From a virus, in IMG/VR virus record IMGVR_UViG_3300033183_000299, positions 1 through 43,507 of that record: 43,507 nucleotides of DNA, one strand, 5' to 3'. Every line of letters starts with the position of its first letter. Within the stretch, counting starts at the first letter, position 1. The translations under genes and the position numbers were made by a program. Shown piece by piece: positions 10,108-18,748 of this stretch. The notes beneath the pieces are model-generated. The model did not search any database. It saw nothing but the letters and a program-made list of their open reading frames with translations, and was not told where the DNA came from.

Positions 10108-11154
10108 TTAAACCAATGTACAATAAACTTTTAATTCCAAATCAGCAATAAGCCCTGGAGCAGCTCCAACATGTGTATAGCATGTTTGTGGGGTATATTT
10201 AGCACCCGATGTTTGAAGTGTGTGGCTTAGAGTACCATCTAAAAGATCTAAAAAGAATTTTTTACTATCCGGAACTGTATCTTTTCCCGCAAGCCCGTAT
10301 CTTGTTATGGATATGATATGTACACTATTGTTGTTGCTGAATATTTCTAATACTGCTGTCGTTTTTTCTCGATGACCATTATCCAACTCAAGCAGACCAT
10401 CACAGACCACTCCGATTGACCATTTATCAATTTTTAAATTACCAGCTAAAATGACTTCAAATTCACTCTCATACATACTAAGTGCGGACGCGAGAAACCC
10501 TACTTGATTGGGGTTATCGATGTTTAAAATTGCACTATTACCGCCCTCAGTAGCAAAATCCTCAGCAGTATTAAGATCCATTGTCGTAGATACAGCTCTA
10601 GTTATATCCCAGATTCCTCCAATATTCATTAAAGACACGATACCACTAACGTCTAAGTGGTGAAGTCCTCTATAGAGTTTTTTTGGAATTTGCATATTAT
10701 CAATTTCAATATCTGATTTGTCTTGAATCGCCTGATCTGAGAACTTAGCCATCTGTTGTCTTATGTAGTCATCGGTTAAACTCGAGCTACCCATTTCTTT
10801 AAGTAGAGTGTGAGCCATTTGATAATCAGCCATAGTAGGCCGAGCATTCACATCTAGTCCAATAGCTTCATAGAACCTCATATAAGGAGTGTTTGTAACC
10901 AAGATTTCCTCTAAAGGCTCAGCTCTATAGGACTCAAAAGAAGAGGGGTCCCTAACGGATTCTACATTCCCAGAAGTCATTAATACCATTGATAGAAATA
11001 CTTTCCTGATGGACTCAATCGCCTCATCGTTCAAGCCAGCTTCAATAAAAATTCTTTTATATCCCTTACCGCTTGTCCTGTACACACGCGAGAATTCTTT
11101 AAAGATCCACTGGATCACTCGCAAGGTTAGCAGTACCTGTTTGTCAATACTCAT
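10108..11154 (-). CDS. ADP-ribosyltransferase, R-S-E clade (paralog 1)
   Basis: LYRG...VSTT...SEFEVIL. Confidence 0.8.
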   Translation of the reverse strand: MSIDKQVLLTLRVIQWIFKEFSRVYRTSGKGYKRIFIEAGLNDEAIESIRKVFLSMVLMTSGNVESVRDPSSFESYRAEPLEEILVTNTPYMRFYEAIGLDVNARPTMADYQMAHTLLKEMGSSSLTDDYIRQQMAKFSDQAIQDKSDIEIDNMQIPKKLYRGLHHLDVSGIVSLMNIGGIWDITRAVSTTMDLNTAEDFATEGGNSAILNIDNPNQVGFLASALSMYESEFEVILAGNLKIDKWSIGVVCDGLLELDNGHREKTTAVLEIFSNNNSVHIISITRYGLAGKDTVPDSKKFFLDLLDGTLSHTLQTSGAKYTPQTCYTHVGAAPGLIADLELKVYCTLV

Positions 11155-11266
11155 GATAGTTCCTCTTTCATTATACTATAAATAGTTCATTTAATTTCGC
11201 GCACCGTATTATTTTCAACTTCAAGCCCTAAAACGCGAAGTTTCCCTAAAAACGGGACACATAGCA

Positions 11267-12769
11267 CTATTCACACTCCCATATCTCATACCAAATATCA
11301 ATGCTATCGCCTTCCTCCGGCGCGTGAGAAGGTTCAAAAGCAATAGAGTTACTCTCGGGTACATACTCCCACCCCTCGGTCACCTCTTGCCCATTAACCC
11401 ACACAGAGATGGTATCTTCTTTGGGGCTAGGATAGTCGAGAACAAAAGCAGAAGCATTGACGATTGCTAAGGCAATGTCCTCCATTTGACTTCCCCAGTC
11501 TTCAGCGCAAATCGACCACCATTGAGTACCATAATAATTAACAAACTCATAGTAACCACCTCCAGCTTGTGCAGAATTGCATCCATTGGGCACATCTCCA
11601 ATAATAGCATAAGGAAGAAACATGCCATAGGGTATGCGACCATCAAAGCTTGTCGCATAATGGCTGTAAGGCATCGGGGAGTGATCCATCTCATCAGATA
11701 AGAAGATAGCAACAAGGTGAGCGCCTTGCCTAAACCAATTTATGTTATTCGCATAAGAGGTCTCGAGCATATGGAGACCCGCCTCGGTTGCGGAACCATG
11801 GTTTCCGACGGATGATATAAGATTTGCGGCATCTAACACAAGATTTGGGTCATTTTGCGTCAATGTTATACCGTTAAGGAAATTAGGGCTATCCGTGGTA
11901 ATGACCGCCATCTTAAAGTTTGGGCCATATTGCATAAACAAGTTTATAAAATTTATTACATTTTGTGCTAATTGATTTTGAGCCCATCTCATTGAGCCTG
12001 AATTGTCTATAACCCATATAATGTCAACATACATGCTATTGCCTTGAATAAGGGACTCGTGCATTGTGGTTGATATCATTACGTCACCCACCGCAGATAT
12101 CGTACGTACTGGCTCCTGAGGGTCGTTTGAAGCCACGTTTAAAGTTAAAGAGTGTGTAGACACTGTTGAAGCAACAAAGTCCGTCCAAAAGGAAATACGA
12201 GCTCCTGGTGCTAGTGTCCATGGGAAGTCACTAAGCGTGCCGTAGTCAACCGTAATTTCTTGGGGTATGCTAGCAAACTGGGAAATGCCTTCGATGTGCA
12301 AATCAAGGTTTCCAACATTTGTAATTTGAAACTCATCCTCTGTTGAGCAGTCTTGTGAAACGGTTCCATAATTCATTTCTGCGGGACTTATTTCGATTAC
12401 TGGTGCATCACCATTCCCTTGAAGCCAAACGCTCGTCATGGGCTCATTATCGCCCTCTAAATACACATCAATATAGCCTTCATTAAACTCATATGTTTTG
12501 GGGTCATATATTACGTCCAAAGCAAGCCACTGTGATGGCTCTACAACAAAACCTGATTCATCAATATAAAAATTTTCCCCAACGATTTCTAATCGATCAA
12601 CGCGAAGCGGGGCGTTGCCGGCATTTGTAAAAATAATTTGTCGTAAGTCAATCTCATGCCCTGATCTTAAATGGCCAAAGTCAATAAAGTCGGGTGCGAT
12701 AATTGGCTCACCAATCTTTTGTTCGTTAATTGAATAATCCTGACAGGACAATAGTAAAGCTAATAACAT
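11267..12769 (-). CDS. lipoprotein with two Ig-like (choice-of-anchor D-like) domains and a vWA domain
   Basis: Lipobox-like LLLSC; two xNxGNxxL Ig repeats; DIIWVIDNSGSM MIDAS motif and LSDE. Confidence 0.75.
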   Translation of the reverse strand: MLLALLLSCQDYSINEQKIGEPIIAPDFIDFGHLRSGHEIDLRQIIFTNAGNAPLRVDRLEIVGENFYIDESGFVVEPSQWLALDVIYDPKTYEFNEGYIDVYLEGDNEPMTSVWLQGNGDAPVIEISPAEMNYGTVSQDCSTEDEFQITNVGNLDLHIEGISQFASIPQEITVDYGTLSDFPWTLAPGARISFWTDFVASTVSTHSLTLNVASNDPQEPVRTISAVGDVMISTTMHESLIQGNSMYVDIIWVIDNSGSMRWAQNQLAQNVINFINLFMQYGPNFKMAVITTDSPNFLNGITLTQNDPNLVLDAANLISSVGNHGSATEAGLHMLETSYANNINWFRQGAHLVAIFLSDEMDHSPMPYSHYATSFDGRIPYGMFLPYAIIGDVPNGCNSAQAGGGYYEFVNYYGTQWWSICAEDWGSQMEDIALAIVNASAFVLDYPSPKEDTISVWVNGQEVTEGWEYVPESNSIAFEPSHAPEEGDSIDIWYEIWECE

Positions 12770-13060
12770 AAAAGTATCTCCTATTCCACTAACTAGTTTT
12801 TGTGGAATCTTAAATTTTTTTTTAGAAAATTTTTGTGAACCCTTGTTTTAGCTCGTGAAATGGGAATTTGCAAATCTGGAAAATTTCCCAGACGATGTTT
12901 GTGTACCTCGCTGCGCTCGTGGGGCTTTTTCGCCGGTTAAGTACTTATTTCATCGCTACGCCCGACCCCGTAGGGGGAGGGGGTGTATCGTTTCGCAACA
13001 ACCGAAAGAATAGAAACAAAAAAACAAAGCCAACGAAAAAGCCAACAAGCGAATACAACA

Positions 13061-13084
13061 AAGCCCCCGATGAACTCGGAGGCC
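13061..13084 (-). terminator. putative intrinsic terminator ending the island transcripts
   Basis: GCCCCCGA-tgaac-TCGGAGGC hairpin followed on the minus strand by a long U-rich tract (13010-13062). Confidence 0.45.
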
Positions 13085-13108
13085 TCGGCCTTGTAGCGTG
13101 TCTCTATG

Positions 13109-14128
13109 TTATCGTCTCCACCGACGTTTGGGAACGTGCTTTGCGAAGAACTCGGACTTGTCTATTGGCTCGGTAGCATCGGCATAGTCGGCACCTAGTG
13201 TTTTGGATAACCACCAATTTGGTAGGTCAATGGACTGGGGAGACATTTGAAAGGTAAGAAACTTATCGTCACCTGGATGGACTAGCACCCTACCACCATG
13301 TAAGGTCGTGCGCCTCGATAGTATAGAGTGTGGGATCCAAGCGACCGTATCGCCTACGATGATTTGGTAGGCTTTCGGATACTTGCCTGTCTCGGTCTTG
13401 TACGATGCCGAACCGTCCAAGTTTATACGACCCCACTGACGTTCCCATTCCACCGATGTTTTAGAGAACTCTTTAAGCCACACCTTGACGGTGGTACGGT
13501 CCCACTCTACACGTTCGGTAAACTCGCACGTATCGGAGATCACTTGCCAATCGTGCTCTTTTGCTTTTGCGTCTACACGCTCCCATTTCTCGGCATTGTA
13601 GTGCTCTTTGCATACTTCTAAACACTCGGTGATTTGGGCGATAACGTCAGTCATATCATAGTCCATGTAAAAGTCGGTAACGTGTAACTTGCCCATACGG
13701 TCGATATGATAGATGGTTCGGGTGTGTTCGTCAATAGCGAAGATCTGTCTAGCCCCGATACGTACGGTGCTATAACCGTTTGAGATAGCCACGTAAAACA
13801 GGGGATGATAGATATGCTTTGATTGCCCACGTGACGTTTCCATGATAAAGTCTCGGTGGATACGGCTATCTAGAATGTAGGACTGAACAAAGTCCAATAC
13901 CTTATTAGTTGGACAGTGTAAGGCACTGAATTTTCGGGGGCTATCGGTGTCTCGGTATTTGCGACCCTTTGTAACAAGGTTGTATACTGATAATACTGGT
14001 TTCATGGGGATCATAGAGGCTCCTATGGTTGCGATGTTTTCGATGGCTTGAAAGGTACAACCTACAACGTAGGCAATTGCGATGATGGTGATGGTGATGA
14101 TGGCGATGATTTCAAGGTCTTTCTTCAT
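13109..14128 (-). CDS. hypothetical protein with N-terminal hydrophobic segment
   Basis: Start MKKDLE behind GGAGA; downstream of an operator-promoter. Confidence 0.7.
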   Translation of the reverse strand: MKKDLEIIAIITITIIAIAYVVGCTFQAIENIATIGASMIPMKPVLSVYNLVTKGRKYRDTDSPRKFSALHCPTNKVLDFVQSYILDSRIHRDFIMETSRGQSKHIYHPLFYVAISNGYSTVRIGARQIFAIDEHTRTIYHIDRMGKLHVTDFYMDYDMTDVIAQITECLEVCKEHYNAEKWERVDAKAKEHDWQVISDTCEFTERVEWDRTTVKVWLKEFSKTSVEWERQWGRINLDGSASYKTETGKYPKAYQIIVGDTVAWIPHSILSRRTTLHGGRVLVHPGDDKFLTFQMSPQSIDLPNWWLSKTLGADYADATEPIDKSEFFAKHVPKRRWRR

Positions 14129-14399
14129 TGGGTCTCCATTGCTGTTGATTATACTATAATATAACATGGTAGCAACCACCTGTCAAATAAAATCTGTTAC
14201 TTTAACGGACAGAAACTGTCCGGGTCTCTACGATTCCGTATCTCTGGGAAGCCTGGAAGGCCTTGGCCTTTTTCGTGGGCAATTGGGAATGTATAGTTAT
14301 GTAAAGTTTTTTGGCACCTGATAGTTATGTTAAGTTTTTTGTAGGATCGCTACAACGTCGGGGCTACCGACGTTATAGAACCATGTCGCTGGAACCGAC

Positions 14400-15059
14400 T
14401 TAATAGGCATCGTTCAATTCACCCATGATATCGTCGGGGATGGTGTCGTCACCGTATTCTGCAAGCAAGCGGTCTGCAAGGCGTTTGGCTTCCTTTCGTT
14501 CCATAGCCAACCGACGTTTGCGTTCTGCCTTGCTTTCTCGATCGAGAGTAACAACGTCCACCACAACATCGGTATAGTCGGAAATGTAAGACATTGGACT
14601 GACCACTCGAACATACTCGTTAGGTTCGAACCGTTCGATAGCATCGACTTTCTCTTGCCATGTCTTTGTAAGTTTATCGGTGCTCTCGGACTTGTAGAGA
14701 CGTTCAATTGTGGCGATGGTGCTATCAATCGATGCGTTCGCACAAGCCGACAACATAGCAACTTTCTCTTGTGCCGTCAAGATGTCTGAACCATCGGCTA
14801 ATTCGTACTCATAGTCGTCATTCCACTGTGTGATCGCTACTCGCATGTTACCATCGGGTGTGTATCCCTTGACTTCTCCCATGCCGTAGGGGGTAGGTAG
14901 GGTAGCACCGATCTTAAATACATAGCCACCTACAAGGTTCTTACGGATACGGATAGGGCGACCGTCGGGATCGATACCATCTACTTTGTAGCCTGCGATA
15001 GTTGTGGGTGTCATGGACTTGATGAATGAGTAAGGTAAAGACTGTGTAGTCATGGGCAA
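14400..15059 (-). CDS. hypothetical protein
   Basis: 219-aa ORF behind an operator-promoter. Confidence 0.75.
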   Translation of the reverse strand: MPMTTQSLPYSFIKSMTPTTIAGYKVDGIDPDGRPIRIRKNLVGGYVFKIGATLPTPYGMGEVKGYTPDGNMRVAITQWNDDYEYELADGSDILTAQEKVAMLSACANASIDSTIATIERLYKSESTDKLTKTWQEKVDAIERFEPNEYVRVVSPMSYISDYTDVVVDVVTLDRESKAERKRRLAMERKEAKRLADRLLAEYGDDTIPDDIMGELNDAY

Positions 15060-15169
15060 TGTCCTTTGAAAGGGTTGTTGTTGAAGATGTTATAAGTGTA
15101 TCATGGTTGGAGAGAGTTGTCAAGTGGAGAAACGGTCAATTTTTGTCCACCTCTCCACAATGCCGAGAA

Positions 15170-15475
15170 TTAGAGCCATTCAGGTGCTTTACCGTCTTTT
15201 AAGAATTGACGATAGGCTGTATTGATACAGTCGTATTTCTCGAATAACTCATCATAATAGCGACTGTATTGGGCAAATCGTTCCTTATTATCGTCTGATG
15301 GATTATAATAGTATTGCATAGCAAGTTCATTCAAGCGGGCTTGAATAGTTGGGAAAGCCATTTGATGGGTGTGCAAGAGTTGTTGAAAGCGTATAAGTGT
15401 CTGACCATATGTAGACATATTCGATCCTGTGTTGAGTGTTGTGTTGACGTGGTGTGAAGATGGTTGTAAGGTCAT
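15170..15475 (-). CDS. hypothetical protein
   Basis: Start moved to MTLQP behind CAGGAG. Confidence 0.6.
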   Translation of the reverse strand: MTLQPSSHHVNTTLNTGSNMSTYGQTLIRFQQLLHTHQMAFPTIQARLNELAMQYYYNPSDDNKERFAQYSRYYDELFEKYDCINTAYRQFLKDGKAPEWL

Positions 15476-15549
15476 TGTTGTCTCCTGTGTTGTTGTTGAT
15501 GTTATCATTGTATCATGGTTGGAAAGGTTTGTCAAGTTCAATTCGGTCA

Positions 15550-15717
15550 TTATTTGTCCGATGGTTTGATTGATAGGGATTGAACGGAATAGTTTGAATA
15601 CATATGGTATGCACGTCTCTTGCAATTGCTAGTTGTATAGGCTTTCATGGTGTGGTTGTGACTCTCTAATTGCCCTTGACGATTGATGATAGTGATACGA
15701 ACGGTGAAGTTACTCAT
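15550..15717 (-). CDS. hypothetical protein (55 aa, not in ORF track)
   Basis: MSNFTVRITIINRQGQ...SDK; own promoter; stop lies inside the next operator. Confidence 0.6.
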   Translation of the reverse strand: MSNFTVRITIINRQGQLESHNHTMKAYTTSNCKRRAYHMYSNYSVQSLSIKPSDK

Positions 15718-16173
15718 TGGATTGTCCTGTGTTGTTGTGAGAGTTAGTATTGTATCATGTTCTCAAAGGTTTGTCAAGTAAAATCTGTTACTTTGCCGGT
15801 CAATTTCTGTCCGTTGCTTCTATGGTGGCGAAGGCCACGGCCTTGTAGAGAGCGCACTTTCTTTTTCGTTGGTATGGATTTGGGGATGGATAGTTATGTA
15901 AAGTTTTTTGGTCTCGTCAAGACTTTTCGTTGGTATGGTAACTTGCTATTCTAGCGTCTGTATGGGCAATTTGGTGTTAGTTCTCTCTAATAAAAGTACG
16001 ACTTTATAATGGGTATCGTCAAGAGCATTTAAGAGCCTTAAATGAGATGTAATAGTTATGTAAAGTTTTTTGCCACTGTATAGTTATGTAAAGTTTCTTG
16101 ATGACCCACGAAAAAGGTATAGGCCTTAAAAGTTGGTATACCTTTTTCATCTTCCATAGGAAGCACCTAACAT

Positions 16174-16374
16174 TTAAGGCTCTGAAACCATAGGTTTCGT
16201 ACCACGTACCCACTCACGTTCTGTGTAAAGACCATCGGTCTCACGTGCCTGATCAAGCATGATCATGTGTACCTTAAAATACGGTACTCCATCCAATTGA
16301 AAACCACGATGTTCAATCTTTGTAACCAATACAAGTCCGAACCGTTGGGTGTTGTAGAGATTGCCTACTTGCAT
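16174..16374 (-). CDS. SH3/KOW-like miniprotein
   Basis: MQVGNLY...FGLVLV. Confidence 0.65.
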   Translation of the reverse strand: MQVGNLYNTQRFGLVLVTKIEHRGFQLDGVPYFKVHMIMLDQARETDGLYTEREWVRGTKPMVSEP

Positions 16375-16550
16375 TGTGTATCCTGTGCTATGGGTGTGTA
16401 TTGGGAACTAAATGATGGGATGTTGATGTAACGTACTTTTCCGTTGGCGAATGAGTGTAAACCTATGCGGTTCTCGGACTTGTAGACGATCATGAATAGT
16501 CCGTCTAGTGCGAAGTGTGTGTATAAATCTCCGAATTCGTGGGTAGTCAT
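16365..16550 (-). CDS. SH3/KOW-like miniprotein
   Basis: HEFGDLY; GGAGA RBS. Confidence 0.65.
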   Translation of the reverse strand: MTTHEFGDLYTHFALDGLFMIVYKSENRIGLHSFANGKVRYINIPSFSSQYTPIAQDTQCK

Positions 16551-16753
16551 AGGGTCTCCGTAAAGGGGTCTAGAAAGGACTTTGGTGGCTTGGGGCGGTA
16601 GTAGGGTAGGGGGGTAGTGTACAAGGGCTTACAAGGGGTGTGAGGTAGGTTTCTGTGGACGTTCCATACCACCACACCTTTCACGCCCATATTTACAAGG
16701 GTATATACACTGGGTACATACAAGATAGTTAGGGGACTGTACAAGGATGGAAA

Positions 16754-17002
16754 CTACCTACCAAATAAATTCTCCAATGCTTGTTGTAGGGGATCACCTT
16801 TTGCCTTGCTAGGTTGGGGCTTTATCTTTGATCTACTGATGAAATCATCGGTGTCCGTTTCTAGGGCTGATAGCAAGACCCAATCGGTTTTATCGACTTG
16901 TGGAAAGTAACACATGCAAAGATAGTCTTTCATCTTCGGGGCTTTGGAAAGGATATAACCTTTACCGTATTCAACGTGGTATACTGTATCAAATTGGTTC
17001 AT
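16754..17002 (-). CDS. SH3-like miniprotein
   Basis: DTVYHVEYGKGYI (VxHxxxGxG motif). Confidence 0.7.
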   Translation of the reverse strand: MNQFDTVYHVEYGKGYILSKAPKMKDYLCMCYFPQVDKTDWVLLSALETDTDDFISRSKIKPQPSKAKGDPLQQALENLFGR

Positions 17003-17022
17003 GGGATCTCCGATGTTGTGGG

Positions 17023-17205
17023 TTATTGGTGTGTACGAATGAGTTGGACTTGATGTACTGGAAAGTTATAGAACTTACCACCTTTTGCTACGGTAACGGT
17101 ATTGCCACCACCAAAGGATACGAAACGATAGGTATTGTTGTTATAAATTGCAATCATGGGGATCTCCGATGTTATGGGTTTAGTCGTTGTTATACTTGTG
17201 TTCAT
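17023..17205 (-). CDS. hypothetical miniprotein
   Basis: ORF with GGAGA RBS before an internal Met; start uncertain. Confidence 0.5.
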   Translation of the reverse strand: MNTSITTTKPITSEIPMIAIYNNNTYRFVSFGGGNTVTVAKGGKFYNFPVHQVQLIRTHQ

Positions 17206-17340
17206 TGTTTAGTAGGTATGGGATATACAGGCTCATAGCCATAAGGTTTACACCGATCATTATAAGGGTATTCATTGGTGTCTCCGATTGATGGGGTTGC
17301 TTTGTTGATGTTATAAGTGTATCATGGTTTGGCTAAAACG

Positions 17341-17598
17341 TCAAGGACAAATTTTGACCGTTCCGTTAAACCATCGTATCTGACGACCTTTGTAGTTGAT
17401 AAACGCATAGTTGTGGTTGCCTGCGGTATCGTATTGTGCCATGAAACTCTCATACACACGATACCATCGCTTGCCACCGTTGATCTGAACCATCTGATCT
17501 GTCGGTATTCTCGAACCAAAACCGTTCTTGTTGATCGCTCGGTCGATTGATGATTGGATTAAAGGGTTTGATCGGGTCTTGGTTATCTTGATATCCAT
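17341..17598 (-). CDS. hypothetical protein
   Basis: Start MDIKIT behind GGAGA; ends VKICP* inside the next operator/-35. Confidence 0.7.
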   Translation of the reverse strand: MDIKITKTRSNPLIQSSIDRAINKNGFGSRIPTDQMVQINGGKRWYRVYESFMAQYDTAGNHNYAFINYKGRQIRWFNGTVKICP

Positions 17599-17697
17599 AG
17601 TGTCTCCAATGTTGTGGTGTTGTTCTGTTGATGTATATAGTGTATCATGAATGAGACCGTTTGTCAAGTGTCCAAACGGTCAATTTCTGTCCGACTG

Positions 17698-17976
17698 TTA
17701 ATGAATGTAAACATGTTCTGTCATGATCTCGCCATTTTGGGAATACAAGGTGATTGACGTACTAGCATGGATCGGCAAACCTGTTGACAGGTCGTCAAAG
17801 CGATACAGTTCCAATATGTAGCCATTATCGAAACGGTATTCAACGCTGTTGTCGGTGGTTCGGGTATGGTCGATGATTGCTTTGGTGTTGTGGAAGATGT
17901 CCATAATGATTGCAACAAGTTGCTTATTGATCTCTTTAATGTCGATGGTGTCTGTATTTTCCATTGATGTCTCCAT
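17698..17976 (-). CDS. hypothetical protein
   Basis: ORF behind an operator-promoter. Confidence 0.7.
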   Translation of the reverse strand: METSMENTDTIDIKEINKQLVAIIMDIFHNTKAIIDHTRTTDNSVEYRFDNGYILELYRFDDLSTGLPIHASTSITLYSQNGEIMTEHVYIH

Positions 17977-18186
17977 TGGATGGGGTTTGTCGTTGTTGAT
18001 GTTTATAGTGTATCATGTTCTCAAAGGTTTGTCAAGTAATAATTGTTACTTTGGCGGACAGTTTTTGACCGTTCTTCTATGGTCTCGGTGGTGCGAGAAT
18101 CGTGGGGAGATTGGATTGGGGTTTCCATTTATAGTTATGTAAAGTTTTTTGGTGGTCTCCGAAACTACCGACATGATAGAAGAATA

Positions 18187-18292
18187 CCCACGATAGAATA
18201 CCAAAGGCATCTATACGTGGGCACGTGTGGGAGATAGTCAAAGACTATCATGTATGGGTGCAAATAGCCTTTGGCTATCATGCCCATACATG
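18187..18292. other. cluster of three hairpins (structured element)
   Basis: CCCACGATAG/CTATACGTGGG; GATAGTC-aaa-GACTATC; CATGTATGGG...CCCATACATG enclosing ATAGCC-ttt-GGCTAT. Confidence 0.55.
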
Positions 18293-18305
18293 GGGGATTG
18301 ATGTA

Positions 18306-18653
18306 TCAATCCAATAGTGTGGTGAGCACGATCTCACACTTGTTCGGGTCATAGGTGGCTTCGCCACTTGCGAGAGCATCTACGAGCCATTTGGCTTCCT
18401 TGCGGGCTTCACGCAAGGTGTCATACTCTACAAATGCGTATGAGTGGATGCTCCCACTCTCCATAGCCATGCGTATGGAATACTTGCGATCTCGCTTGTA
18501 GTTGTGGTCGCTCGTGATGAACACGCAACCACCGAGCATATCACCGATAAGACGTGTGCCGAACATCTTCATGGTGTCTCGGTCGAACCAATGAAAGCCT
18601 TGTTGATAGTTGAATTGACGAAATTGAGAAAGAGATTTGTAATTGCCTAACAT
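18306..18653 (-). CDS. hypothetical phage protein
   Basis: HWFDRDTMKMFGTR...FITS motif; start moved to MLGNY. Confidence 0.7.
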   Translation of the reverse strand: MLGNYKSLSQFRQFNYQQGFHWFDRDTMKMFGTRLIGDMLGGCVFITSDHNYKRDRKYSIRMAMESGSIHSYAFVEYDTLREARKEAKWLVDALASGEATYDPNKCEIVLTTLLD

Positions 18654-18715
18654 GTCGCATCCTGTGGAATAGTTTTGGGGTTGGGGGTAGGGTAGTAGAT
18701 GGGTAGGGTATGTAC

Positions 18716-18736
18716 CCACACCCCTTTGGGGTGGGG
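18716..18736 (-). terminator. GC-rich hairpin after the AAA gene
   Basis: CACCCC-ttt-GGGGTG core; no clear U-tract. Confidence 0.35.
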
Positions 18737-18748
18737 CTTGACTGATGA

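Larger units (their letters stand above)
13079..15844. repeat. 14-bp palindrome (A/G)AGGCC-NN-GGCCTT, 3 copies
   Basis: 13079-13092, 14257-14270, 15831-15844; all intergenic. Confidence 0.75.
14293..18150 (+). repeat. 20-bp direct repeat ATAGTTATGT(A/T)AAGTTTTTT, left cluster (6 copies)
   Basis: 14293, 14321, 15890, 16052, 16080, 18131. Confidence 0.9.

Noticed and set aside
14280-14312. Complete dif/pdif sites
   Set aside because: Only the XerD-like arm is conserved; upstream sequences do not match a XerC arm
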